This document shows positions 1-12,609 of a DNA stretch of 64,000 bases, piece after piece (the first letter of the stretch is position 1; the number at the start of each line of letters is the position of its first letter). Made by a program: the position numbers and the translations under genes. Below the pieces are notes generated by a model. It was given only the letters and a program-made list of their open reading frames with translations, was not told where the DNA came from and did not search any database. This DNA is from Peribolospora baueri (Eukaryota): NCBI GenBank assembly GCA_029717555.1, contig JAMDHS010000007.1:310001-374000 (forward strand), read 5' to 3'.

Positions 1-409
1 GCGATGCAGATCACTGACCCGGCTTCGGCGGCCGACGCCGAGCGCGTTCACGCGGGATATGCGAAGGGGGATGCGGACCTCGTGGCCTCGCCGGATGACA
101 TGCTTGCCTGTTTCTTTGACCAGCGTGAGTATATATACAAGTTGCTGAGTTTCCCCAGTCCTTTCGCCCCAGTCATGTTCTTCCGTTGGAAGGTTGTAAC
201 TGACAAACAGCGTTCCGATTGTCTCTCGCTCAGACCTCTTCCGCACCAAGCCGGAACAGGGGGCCGCGACGTCGGCAGCGTTGTCCAACTCTAGACGAGC
301 GCGGGAGCGTGAGGAGAGAGCGAGGGCGGCGGAGAGACGCAGAGCGGCCGCTCAGGGCGACATGAATGCCGTTGCTTCGAGCTCTCGACCATTTGCCAAT
401 GACATTTGA
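1..409 (+). CDS. 3' end of an unidentified gene (partial, enters the window from the left)
   Basis: Open frame from base 1 and a GTGAGT..CTCAG intron at 125-233. The spliced frame continues HLFRTKPEQ...FANDI to TGA at 407-409. Family not recognised. Confidence 0.55.
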
Positions 410-937
410 TGAGACCTCTCGGAGGCCTGTATGCTTTCGGTGGGGCATTTGCCATGCCCTCGCCCCTCCGCATCTTCCTTGTTACGTGTACTACATCATG
501 TACGAGTACTACTACTGTCAGTCGCCGGCAGGAACCGGACCGACCACACGGGTTTATTTATCCGTGATCGCCAATTTATTATGTGAGTGATCGAAGTGTC
601 GCAAATGACGTCTTCGCGATTGTGCGGACGCTTCGGCCGTACTTGTGCTTTAAGGACCGAGCACAAAGCTCGATTCATTTGGAAGAGGCTGTCGAGGCCT
701 TTGGAGGCTCAGAGGGTGGATAAGTTTCGGCCGGTCGGTGCCGGTGGCCCGAGAGGGCGGGGTCGCACGTCTTCGAACGACACTGCGACATTTCCGTGTT
801 GTCCAAGATCGATCTATTCCTGTCACCATTCTTCACCATCTTGGTTTCAAAACGACGTAGGGAATCGCTAAGATACGAATGGACAGCAATGAGATGAGTT
901 GACTAAGCCTCCACAAGGAGCGTCGATAGCTCGTTAC

Positions 938-944
938 TATAAAT
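938..944 (+). promoter_or_regulatory. TATA-like element upstream of the MDR oxidoreductase
   Basis: TATAAAT about 170 nt upstream of ATG 1109, followed by a pyrimidine-rich leader. Confidence 0.45.
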
Positions 945-1108
945 GAGCGACGAGCCCCTACCGACACTTTGCAGCATCTCTAATCATATCAACGGCGACC
1001 AGCGCGTTACGGTGCGTACCTTCAGGCACACGAAACTTAAGTGAACTGGCCCTCCTCAGCTTTCCCTCGATTTCGTTCTTGTCTCTTCCCTGTAAAAACA
1101 GCACCGAC

Positions 1109-2854
1109 ATGTCTCACAAGCTCTACCGCCTCCCCGACAAGCCCGTCGGCTTTCAGGGTCTGCACATAGTGGAGGAGCCCCTTCCCAAGCTCAAAGTGAA
1201 CGAAGTGTTGATTAAGGTCAGTTTAAGGCGCTCTCGTCCGGCATGCTGTTCTTTCGAAAGCCTGGATTGCGTCTTTAATGAGATATGTCCCGGGTCTCCG
1301 GAAAAAAGGCATTTCGTTCATTCGCTCATAACTGTGGGACTGCGTTTGCTCCGCTTCCTCTTCATTGTCCATGTGCCTGTGACAGGTTCATGCAGTTTCC
1401 CTGAATGTGAGTGGGTATGCTCAATTGACGTTTACTCTCTGCCGGGTACAAGGGTTTGCTTTGGCCTTTTTTTGTTGTGTGAAAGCTGACTTTGCGAGCC
1501 AAACGTCTTCACCCGACAGTACCGTGACCTGATCATTGCCCGGGGTGAATATCCCCTCCCCATGCGACCTGGAGTCATCCCTTGTTCAGATGGAGCTGGT
1601 GAGATTGTAGATGTCGGCGCAGATGTCGAAACGTGGCAAAAGGGAGACCGTGTAGCGGGCATCTTCAACCAGGGCCACCTCTATGGTGCAGCTCCAGATG
1701 ATGTTGCCGTGCAGAAGGGTCTGGGTGGTGGCATCGATGGTATGCTGGCACAATACAGGGCGGTGAGCGTTGCAAATGATGTATAGAGAAATAAGCGGAG
1801 AGAGCCGCTTGGGAGAGTCAGGAACAACTCACATCCTTCCTTGCCAATCTTCTCCTCCCTCCAGCTCCCTGAGGATGGCATCGTGCGCATTCCGAGCCAC
1901 CTCACATATGAGCAGGCTGCTACGCTTCCCTGTGCCGCTGTCACGGCTTGGAACGCACTCTATGGTGGCCAGAACCCTCTCCTTCCGGGCCAAGCCATTT
2001 TGGTGAGCGTGGTCGCCGGCGTTAGACAAGTATCATCTCCTTGCATCCACAATAAAAGCGGTGCACTACCATAACCGCCTGGTGTCCATTCCTTTTCAGG
2101 TTGAAGGAACAGGCGGCGTCTCCGTGTTTGCCCTTCAGCTTGCCAGTCATGCCGGGGCGCGTGTGGCTATCACAAGCAGCTCGGATGATAAGCTCAAGAG
2201 GGTCAGCAACCTAGGCCCCAATGTAGTCGGCATTTGCTACAAGACTAAATTCCAGTGGGACGAGGAGGTAAAGAAGACGGTCGGCGCTGTCGATCACGTT
2301 GTCGAAGTTGGTGGCCCCGGTACATTGGAGAAGGCGAGTGGCGGCATGGCGGCTTGTCCGACCTGGCTTACAACAGCTTGTTCCAGGTACTGCATGGTGG
2401 ATGGTCATTGTACTATCAGCTAACCGCATCTGCTCATGTTTTCTTGATATGCTCTGACACCTGCCTCAGGCCTTCGCTTGCACCAAACGAGGAGGGCACA
2501 TCGCCAGCATTGGATTTGTTGCCAAGGGAGAGACCCCCAATGTCCCGGTGCTCTGCCTTCAGAAGTCCATCAGTGAGTACTTCAAAGACTGGAAGAGTTC
2601 AGATCACGAGCGAGCTGAAGACGCCCTAACCTTACTGACATCTGCTCTTCCTTTTCCCCTGTGCGCCTCGATCAGCCTTCCGTGGCATCCTCATCGGTTC
2701 TAGGCAGCAATTTATCGACATGAACCGTCACATCGAAACAAACAAGATCGTGCCCGTCGTGGATCGCGTCTTCCCTTTCGAGCAGGCCCAGCAGGCATAC
2801 ACCTACCAATGGGAACAGAAGCATGTGGGCAAGGTGGTCATCCGGGTCGACTGA
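1109..2854 (+). CDS. Medium-chain dehydrogenase/reductase (zinc-type alcohol dehydrogenase-like, NADPH:quinone reductase/MDR7 type), multi-exon
   Basis: Spliced motifs VHAVSLN/YRD, PCSDGAGEIV, AATLPCAAVTAWNAL, Rossmann GTGGVS, VEVGG, and C-terminal HVGKVVIRVD*. One intron (2334-2469) is GC-AG. Confidence 0.9.
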
Positions 2855-3398
2855 TTGATCGCCCCCATCCCTTTTTCATGTCCTCGGCGCTCTGTCTGTC
2901 TAAAAGGAGTGGCACGAAGTTGTGAAACATGTCCGTCTCGACTGATCATAAGACGGTCGAACGAATTTGACTTGTCCTCTTGTAACCTCGTGGATCTTCG
3001 AGGGCTCGGTGAGAGGCGAAGACTAGCGGTTCGTCGTGCGCAGAAGAAGAGAGAGAGGAGCGGCAACGGGGGATACCCAACATAACGTCTCCAACGTTAT
3101 GCCACGTGCTCGGTAACGGCGCAAGACGGAGCTGTGTGCTTGTCAAAAAAACCGGTCAAGACAGTTGACCGCGAAGTGGAAGGACCACCAGGGCCGTCTT
3201 CTGCCCATGCCAAAGTTCATCAGTGAGGATCAGTCCATACCGTCGTTTCCTCTGTGGAACGCTCATGAGATTCATTCCATAGCCCCAGAATGGGAGCAGG
3301 TATGGTTGAGAAGGTACACAAAGTCGCAAATACATGACCAACCCCATCCTACGAACATCCTCCCCGCCGTATCTCCACCGGTCCGAGACCAAGCCTGA

Positions 3399-5873
3399 TT
3401 ACGCTACCACGTAATCCTCCGTGGTGAGTATCGACTCGTGGGAGAAGACGATCGTCTCGCCCGTTTCGGCTTGCGTGACGGTGTCAACCTGCAAGAAGAG
3501 CAGCGTAAATGAGGAAGGCGAGGGAAAGAAGACAGTAAGAAGAAATGATCCGAAAAGACGCGCAATGTTCAGGACGTCTCCCTCGCCCAACAAATCAAGT
3601 CATTGCAGTGTAGATGCAACTCACCGCAACGTCGCAAACCGTGGTCCTCGAGACAAACTCAACCTGCACGGGGAAGAACTGCGAAGCGTCCTGCGCCGCA
3701 ATAGAGAACTCCAGGCTCCCCGTGCTCGAGCTAGCGTCAATCGTCTCCAGCGTCCAGTCCAAGGTGTGGCCGTCTGGGTTCACCGCGTGGCTTCCAGAGG
3801 CATCGCCTACGGTCGGGTACGCTCCGGCGCTATGAGAGCGGCGTGTGTATGTAACGGAAAGAACCGGATTTCCGTCTCGTCAGCCTCCACACTGCCTACC
3901 CACCAACAGAGGCGAGAGAACGATTGTGCCAATCCTTCGGAAACACGACAACTCACGGAAGGGGTATGGAGATGACAACATTTTGGAGCACAAGGTGGTC
4001 AGACTCGAGCTCGTACTCGATGTTCACGTCGAAAGTGCCATCGCCAGCAGGCGAGGGCCAGCAATTGACTGTCGGGGTTCAAGAGATGTGTATGGACCCG
4101 ATCAGCATTTGTGCATAAGGCATAAAGTGACCTCATAACTGCATAGAAAAACATTGCGAGGGCTGAAACTCACTTGAGAGCGGAACGGCAGTCTCATCCT
4201 TGCTAGTCATCCTCCACCTCAACACGCCAAGCGCCTGATTGACGGGAAACGCGCGGCTGGTATCTTTAAGGGCAATGACGCGGTCCGACGCCCAAGACTT
4301 CTTGTCCATGTTGGGGTGCGTTTTGAATTGCAAATCTCCCGTTCCAATCAAAGCATTGTCTCCCGGCTTGAGGGCAAGGCGGATCTTGGCCAAGGCTGGG
4401 TCGGTGATCTTCAGATCTAGGTCGCCTTTGACCTCGAGAGACTCTAGACCACCATCGCGGTTTGCTTCCACCGAGATTTTTTCGCGTACGGTGAGATGGA
4501 TACTGATTCCCGGCAATGTCCGAGACATCAAGAAATCATATTTCGCGCGGAGAAGTCAGAACCGTAGTTTAAACGCTACTTCTATCCGCAACCGCAGCAA
4601 TGAACTCACCTCTCTTGCGGAACGCTGGGCAAAAATGATTCCGGAGGGGGAGCAGCAGCGACTCGCGCTGGCGGTTCTGGGGTTGCAACGGTGGGAGGGG
4701 AAAAGGTGGACGCTGGAGACGTGGTATCGGCTACAGAGGCGGCACCGCCCATCTCTCCGCCGAGAGCATCCAAAAGGTCTGCCTGCTTGCCCTTCTTGCC
4801 AAGTTGCATGCCTTTGGACTTAAAAGGCCTAGCCGCAGGCTTGCTGGAAAGGAGAGGATGGCACGCGTCCAGGACGGATGAGCGATGGGAGCCGAGCGCA
4901 CCTCAGAAGTCAAAGTAAGTTGAAAGCCATTAGTGAGCGACTCACACTTCCGGTTCCCGCTCAACCGGCGTAGATGTCGGCGGAGGCTCGAACTGAGCGC
5001 GCGGGATGGGGGAGTAGCCGCCGGCCATGCCTGCCCCGAACTGTCCTCCCATCTGTCCCCGCTTAGCCGCCTCTCGCCTCTGCATCTCTAGCTGCTTCGC
5101 GCGCCGTTTAAGCTCTTCTTTGGCCTCTTGCTCTTTGTTCTGTGATACGTGAAGGCCGCAAAGAAGAAAAAAAATAAGATCACCAGGAACGACGCTGGAG
5201 ACGGCCATATACGACGCACCTTAGCGATGATCTCCTGTATCTTCTCCTCATGACTCTCCATCTCCAAGATACTCCTGACTTGTATCAAGTTGACATTCTC
5301 CCTGAACCCCAGACTGATGATCTCATCGAAAGCACTGAGCAGCTCGAAGCTGTTGCGAAGGATCTCGCGCTCATCTGCCGAGCGACAGACGTCCGTGACA
5401 ACGCGGGCGAAGAGGTGGAGGGTGTCGATATCTTGGAGGATGTTGCTCTGTCGGTTGGTGATGAGGATCATGAAGAGCTCTTCTAGCGGCTGATAGACGT
5501 AGCGCACCTCGTCTGTCTCGACGGTGGTGTGTTGGGAGCCGGTGTCGATGAGCTTTGGGAAGGAGGTCAGCAGGCCCTCGATGCGCGAGCGTGGCATCTC
5601 GAGGAACTGCCGCAATACGACGGCTATAAGACAAGAAAGCAAGAACACAGGAAGATGTCAACTTGAGACCGCTCTATTCCAGTACCCACTCATCCACGTC
5701 GAAGGCCGGCCGCTTGGGAACACCACTTACGCTTGCCGCCCCTTGTGCAGATCGAAGCCGCCAGCACCACCTACGTAAACATAGCAAAGCGGCACGCCAA
5801 CGAGTCAGTCATCTGGTCGCCACTCCTGGTGCATTCAGGTATCATATACGTTTGGCCAACCGAACCTCACCAT
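3399..5873 (-). CDS. RET2: Coatomer subunit delta (delta-COP), multi-exon
   Basis: Spliced N-terminus M|VVLAASICTRGGK, RQFLEMPRSRIEGLL, SNILQDIDTL, MESHEEKIQEII, and mu-homology domain FKTHPN and LRWR..INCWPS. Confidence 0.95.
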
Positions 5874-6191
5874 TGTGTTCCTTGCTGACGATCAAGGTCA
5901 GGCTGTGTGGTCGCTCTCGCCAGTCTTCCTGGTCCGCTCCAAGCCCGAGCTCGGCGGCCGTGCATGCCACGAAGTCTAACCCTACTCACTACAGACCACG
6001 TGAAGTTACCTAAATACCGCGCATCTCCGAAGACGGCCGCGCGGCCTCGTTCGATCACCTCCCCGTCCAGCGCTCACCGCTTCCTTCCAATGCACTTCCG
6101 TTCACTCTCTCGTCCTCGCATTCCTCTCTCCCCCTCCTATCCGCTCCGCGATCAAGTCGCCTGAGCACTGCGTCTCACTGCTTCCGGAACC

Positions 6192-8021
6192 ATGGACATC
6201 GACGTGGACGAGCGATATCTCGACACTGCCAAGGCCGCCGCGTCTCCAGAGCTCAAACACGCCTTTGACGAGTTCAAGCAGCTGTATGACCAAAAGTGAG
6301 GACCCCTTCTCGTATCGTCTCAATTTTATTCAAGACTGCGGAAAGAGAAAAAAAGATTCTCATGAAATAATAAAACTTGTTTTTGTGCCTGTCTTCATCT
6401 TTGTCGCGCCTTCTAAACCCAACAGGCTCTGGCACCAGCTCACCATCGGGCTCGAAAGGTTCTACGGTAATCCTGCCAGCGCGCCCTTCCAGATCGACCT
6501 CTTTCGCAACTTCATATGGAGCTTTGCGAATAAGATTAATCAGAACCGGCTTGTTGGACTTGGAGTACAGGCGGCCAGGCAATTTGAAGGTGAGTGGAGC
6601 GCGGCAATCCATCCCCGTGTGCAGGGTTGATTTTCTGTCTCTGAAGCCATATGCTGACCAGGAATCATGCCTTCTGACCTCGCCTTTACGCTGCCATTCA
6701 GATGGAGCCGAGGCTCTCCCCTTCCTTACAGCGCTGACAGAAAAGGTGAATGAGCCCAAGTCGCAGGATGCGTACGTGCACGCGGTCATGGAGGCGGCGC
6801 ACTTCAAGCTCCTTCTCGGCGACCTTGAGGGCACGAAATCAGCGATGGACCAATGCGAGAAGATCTTGGACGCCTTTGATAGCGTTGAGTCTGGAGTGCA
6901 TGCAGCATTCTATAGGGTTGGGGGAGATTATTACAAGGTGGGCATTGTCATTGTGGCGTACACTCGGAACGAGAGAGGGGAGTTTCAGCAGGCGTTTCCA
7001 CGCGCACTTCTTTGACGCGGCTTTCTGAATAATCCTGCACGGCCCATAGGCAAGAGCAGAGTACGCGAATTACTACAAGAGCTCGCTTCTTTACCTCGCC
7101 TGCGTCAACTTGGACAGCGACCTGACCCCATCAGATCGCGTGCAGCGTGCGCACGATTTGGGCATCTCAGCACTCCTTGGTGACACCATTTACAACTTTG
7201 GAGAACTGGTGAGTGGTCTTCTCTCTGTTCTCCATGAGACATGGCCATGTGGCGGTTCCGGCTTACACTCCTATCTTATTCGCTTTTTTCAACGCAGTTG
7301 ATGCACCCCGTTTTGGAGAGTTTGACTGGAACGGAACATGAATGGATTAAGAATCTGCTCTCTGCGTTCAACGCTGGAGACATCGGTCGATTCGAAAGCT
7401 TGGTACCGTACTTTCCCAAGGAGGTGAGCACAACAAACGTTCTCGGACGTGATTCATTTTCCGGTTCATATGTTCAGTTGATTGACTGAACGAATGGTCT
7501 CTTTCTTCCTTGTTCTCGTGTTGTCGTCACTGTCGATCTTCGTCATCATTCCTCTCCCTCTAGCCAATCCTTCAAGAGAACTACCCTTTCCTTCGGCAAA
7601 AGATTTGCCTCATGGCGCTCATCGAATCCGTCTTCCGTCGATCGGCTGACGATCGCACGTTAGCGTTCGCCACTATCGCCGCCGAGACAAGATTGCCGCT
7701 TGACGAGGTGGAGCATCTGGTTATGAAAGCCCTTAGGTGCGTCGCTTTCATCGATTTATTACCTGCACGTGCATGGACTGACGACTCCTTTTCGTGGTCC
7801 CATCTTTGCCTCGTAGCCTGGGCCTCATTCGTGGCACACTCGACCAAGTGGCCCAAACGGCCAACATCACTTGGGTGCAACCGCGGGTCCTCGACTCTCG
7901 CCAGCTGGAGGATGTGGCGACTCGTCTGGACACGTGGTGCGGGAGGGTGGCCAAGGTGGGCGACTTTGTCAAGAGTCAGACGCTCACTGCGAGCGACCTT
8001 TTTAGCGTCGTTGAGGCGTAG
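6192..8021 (+). CDS. RPN9: 26S proteasome lid subunit Rpn9/PSMD13, multi-exon
   Basis: Motifs LWHQLT, YYKSSLLYLAC, ALLGDTIYNFGEL|LMHPVL, KICLMALIE, EVEHLVMKAL, and ITWVQPRVL at the end of the PCI domain. Confidence 0.95.
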
Positions 8022-8120
8022 TCCGGTTGTACATTACCCGTGTAGAGTCTCTCGCACGCGCGATAAAAGCGATAGTTGTGATCGTGATTATCTTCACGTG
8101 ACTTGGTTACGTCGCCGCGA

Positions 8121-9750
8121 ATGATCCGCGCGACCGAGAACATCCGGTTCGCCTCGCCGACGTCTTGTTGGCACGGTCACTCCGTCCACCTCGCCCCTAT
8201 GCCCTTGTCGCCGTCGTCTTATTCTCCGGAAGTGCCACGTGATATGCCCAATGGCGCTTTTCACGATGAACGGGACCACAGGCACTCATCACCCTCACCG
8301 CCGCACCTCTCGCTCGAGGCGGTAACAGCCATGTCCCCAATGGAACACTCATCCAAATTACCCGAGACTGTCCGCTCGGCGCTTTCCAACCCGTTTGTGG
8401 CAGCGGGAGCTTCGGGAGGCTTAGTATTAGCAGGAGTGGGAGTGTGGTGGCGCTTCTTCAAGCGGATACCCAATGCGCAGAGCATCACGCCTTCTGTGCT
8501 ACGGTGGAGGCGAGTTTTGAAGGGGAAGGTCACGAAGTAAGTCATGTGAGCTCGGCAGGCACCATGATCAACATCAACCCATCTCCTCACCATGCCCTGA
8601 ATCCCTCGCTTTCCCTGCTGCTTCATTGTCTCCGCGGGACAGCGTCGGCGATGCAGACAATTTCCGATTTTACCACACTCCAGGTCCATTGGGTTTTATA
8701 AGGCGGGTGCCGACTGATCGCAGAGGTTGGTGTTATAGCGCTGTCTTCTTCTTTATTTTCCCTCTCCTTACTTTTTCCTTGCTTCAATTTCCTGGTTGTT
8801 GCTATACCTGATTTTTTCAGCTTTAATTGTCTGACCGACGGTGATTGACGGTCGGCTTCTACTTGCTCGCCCCATGCCTGCTTTTCACTCTCTCTCCTCG
8901 TGCAGCGCTCAAGGACAACACAATTTCCATTCGTCTCGCAGGCATTGACGCCCCCGAAGGTGCGCACTTTGGTAAGCCCGCGCAGCCTTATTCCGAGGAG
9001 GCTTTGAAGTGTTTGAAGGAATTGGTGGACGGGAGGAAGGTGCGGCTCAAACCTTTCAAAGTGAGTGACGCTTCAAAGAGTTTGGACGAGTGCACAACCT
9101 GTTTATCCTTCTGCGTCCGGTTATTGTTTCAGGCGAGCGGTATGGTTCTGATAAATGATTCTGCTTTTGTTGATTACCCTTCGGTTCTCTAGGTGGATCA
9201 GTACCAGCGTCTTGTGAGTACACAATGTCAGGCTGCCTTTTTAAACTACCCAGCGTGATTGACACAGGGTCTTCCCCGTATTGATCCACTTCAATCGCTT
9301 TTGCGTCATCCTGGCCTGCATGTCTCCGGCCTGGGATCTCCAGGTTGCGATGGCCTACGTATGGCGCTTCCCCTACATTTTCGGTCCAACCAACATCTCT
9401 CTGTCCATGCTCAGGGCAGGTTTGGCAGCTGTCTATCGCGCTCAAGGGCACGAATATGGGGGGATCTTTAACAGTCTCGAAAGGGCTGAGGCCAAGGCGA
9501 AGTAAGTACTAGGCGGGTAGGTTCGTCATTATCTTTGAGCAGAGAAGGCCTTCCTCCCACCTCGTCCCGCGCCGTCGGCAAGGTAGCCTCGCTCGACCTG
9601 AAAGCGCTTACTCCATGCGTGTTCCGTCGTTGTCTATGTTTTTTTCACATGGCTCTCCGCAGAAACGCAGGAAAGGGCATGTGGTCTCTTGGAAAGAAAC
9701 TAGAGCTACCGGCAGACTACAAGCGGAGACACAAGATTGAAGACGGTTGA
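8121..9750 (+). CDS. LCL3: Staphylococcal nuclease-like endonuclease LCL3 (start codon uncertain)
   Basis: TM segment then [42 protein letters not shown], micro-exon [27 protein letters not shown]...PADYKRRH. Confidence 0.88.
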
Positions 9751-10117
9751 AGTGAAGGAGGCTGAAAAGCAAGGTTGTTTTCGAAGCTGCCTCAGACGGG
9801 CAGATCTATTTGTCTACGGGGACGGCGGAACGAGCGTATGCTCGACTGGACGTGGGGGTTGCACTTGTTTCCCTTTAGCATCTTCCAATCGCGGGAATGA
9901 AATTGAGCATGGACATCTCGAATACGCTGCTGGCGCACAAGGCCAAATCCTACTCGGGTTAGGTATACACGAAATGCATCCGCAAGCAAGCGGTCCACTG
10001 GACAAACAAGTCGAACGACCATCCATACCTAACAAGAGCGCCCGCGCCAACTGTCCGTATCTTGTCCACCACGAGAAGATAATTGATTCGGTCCCGTGGG
10101 CACCGATCGAACTGCGA

Positions 10118-12300
10118 TCAGTTCGCATGGCCTGCCTTTCCCTCCAATCTCTCCTTGACCTCGTTCTCAGCCACCTTCGTCAACAGGTCGACCTGCTCCG
10201 CCACGTTCCTCAACACGCCCAACACCTTGTAGTTTCCCTTCGTAAAAGTGTAAATCTCATAATTCATCCCGTTCTCCTCCGCGAACCTCTTGACGTAAGC
10301 CGAGGCGACGCGAAGGTTGTGGCGAGGAAGGCGAGGGAAGAGGTGATGGGAGACTTGCATATGCAGACCGCCATGGATGAACTCGATCGAGGGCGGGCAA
10401 GCGACGTCCATAGTCGTGCGCAGCTGACGGTGTGCGAAGCTCTCGTACAGACCGAGGTCTTCCGTCGACTGGGCAAAGTGGGAGAGGACAATCTGGTGGA
10501 CCAGCATGGACGTCGAATACGACATCGAAGAAAAAAAAGTCGGACAGGTAAAGGTTGCCGAGGTGAGAGAGCATTCACACGCCATGGCCAACGATTCGAG
10601 AACGATCATCATTGGCGATGAATAACAATGACTCACCTGAACATGCAGAGGACTCGCAAAAGCATTTGAAACGAGCAAGTACACTAGCCTCGTCTTCCAT
10701 CCTGGCAAGCTCTTGAGCAAGCTTCCGAACCAGCACCAAAAGACGAAGATGCCCACGAACTCGGCGTTGCGAGACCACGAAGGACGCGCTCGGCTAAGGA
10801 GGTAAGTATAGCTTAAATTGTAAAGGTTGAACCGCGCCAGAGACATGATAAAGTAGTAAAGTTTGTGCCTGGTAATAACGCAAAAATCGCGGTCATTGTT
10901 AACTCGTGCGAACGTGAACGGATGCCATACATATCTACGATACAAGCCAACACAACTTGCACGATTCCCTCCCTGACACTCACTGCACTTTAATGAGTAC
11001 CTTGCTCGCTTTGTCAAAAGACATCAGTCTTTGATAATACGTGCTCCAGAGCGAGCTGAAGAAACGCGTCGAGATGGCGAAGAAGGGGATGTGTTGGATA
11101 TCTGGATCATGTTCTGGGTGATTGGTGACCACTATTTGGTACAGGCAGCGAGAAATGGCGCGACACAGCCATGTCAGCGGGATCATGGGGGCGAGAGTTG
11201 AGACTGCCGGGAACTAGGTTGAGAAACTCACGATGATGGACGTCGTGGTTCTGTACAAGATTCAGTGAATCAAATAATACAAACACAGCCAAAGGGCACA
11301 TATCAGCAGCCCTGCACATGAGCGGACCATCCATGAAAAAGAGCGATTTATCTTGCGACCATGGGCAACTCACATCGCACCACCATCCTATGCTGAGACC
11401 GCCTATAAAAGAGGCTACAAAGACTCCGATTGATCGATCCACGATGTAATTATGGGTGATGCCGCTGTGGCCCGCGTCGTGCACCACGAAAGTGACCTGA
11501 TGCCAGAAGAGGCCTAGAAACACCGAGCTGGCCAGGTACCAAGCCGTACGACCCTGGGCGTTGTACCAGGTGAGGAAAGCGAGCAAGCCGAGGATGGAGT
11601 ATCGAACCATCTCCATACCGTAGCCAGACCAATATGGGCATTCGTAAAGTCCAGCGGCTTTGATCTCCTCGTGTAGCTCACGGTAGCGAACGGTAATGGC
11701 GTGCTGCTCTTCCGGGTCGATTCCCGGCACGAGTTCCGGCTCGAGGAGGGAGACGGGGAGGGGGAACGTTTTGGGATGGGACGGTCCAGGCGGTGTCGCC
11801 CCGTCCCTGCCCCCCCCGCCACCGGCACGAGCCCACTCAGTCCTCTTCTCTTCCTTGCTCATGGTAGCCTCATCCATTGAAGGTCCCTGTCGGACGGGGT
11901 ACACCTCCCTGTCCAGCTTTCCATGTCGGTACCCCAGCTGCACAGGTGGAACGAGAGGCCTCCACTTCTCTCCCAATTTTCCCCAGTCCTGTTCTGCCAC
12001 CTCTCCCACGCAGAAAGCCTTCATCCTCCGCAGCGTTTCGTCGGAATGGTAAGCCTGAATTTCGTCTGTCGCATCGCGACCGCAAAAGTGGAGGATGGCG
12101 AGCTCGCCTCCGGGATGCCGAGACAGCCAGGCGTTGAGACGGTATATGAGACGGTTGTGCACCACTAGCACGTCCCCCAAGGCAATCGCTTGTGCGATCT
12201 GCGCGCGTGTCCATTGCTTGCGTGGTGAGGGTTCGTCGGACTTGACGGGCATCGGTGTGGAGGGTGTGAGGGCCGTACGGTCGACCATGGAAGCGGACAT
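10118..12300 (-). CDS. Cytochrome b5-fused front-end desaturase, sphingolipid delta-8 desaturase type
   Basis: HPGG heme motif, His boxes HDAGH, HDVHH (micro-exon) and QVSHHLFP, plus HDPDIQH and LHVQIVLSHF. Confidence 0.9.
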
Positions 12301-12609
12301 GACTTGGACGCAGATAGCCCGCAAAAAGGAGCAGAAGAAAGAAAGATGGTATCAGATGCGTTCCGTGGTGACCGTCTATATGTTAAATCCTCGGAACAGG
12401 AAGTCGGGATAGCGAGGCTGTTGTTGGTCGTCACTGGGAAGGACTCGGGTCACTAATAACCATTCATAACGGGAACGTGCGCCGGGCCGCAGCAGCCCGC
12501 AACGGCCGCAGTCAATTTGAGCGCTCTTCTCAACTCGCCCGAGCTGGTCAACTTGTTTCTCCACGTCTCTTGCTTCGTCAAGGCGCCACCAACGGTCCTA
12601 GTCCCGGCC

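Noticed and set aside
3165..3398. 77-aa ORF between the MDR gene and RET2
   Set aside because: It begins at a non-ATG codon, lies in convergent 3' UTR space, and no family is recognised.
5940..6190. Rpn4/PACE element upstream of RPN9
   Set aside because: Only a partial GCCAC match; no GGTGGCAAA.
9737..10621. 294-aa ORF antisense to the desaturase, and many similar antisense or alternate-frame ORFs in the track
   Set aside because: Shadow ORFs are expected in GC-rich coding DNA and show no recognisable motifs.
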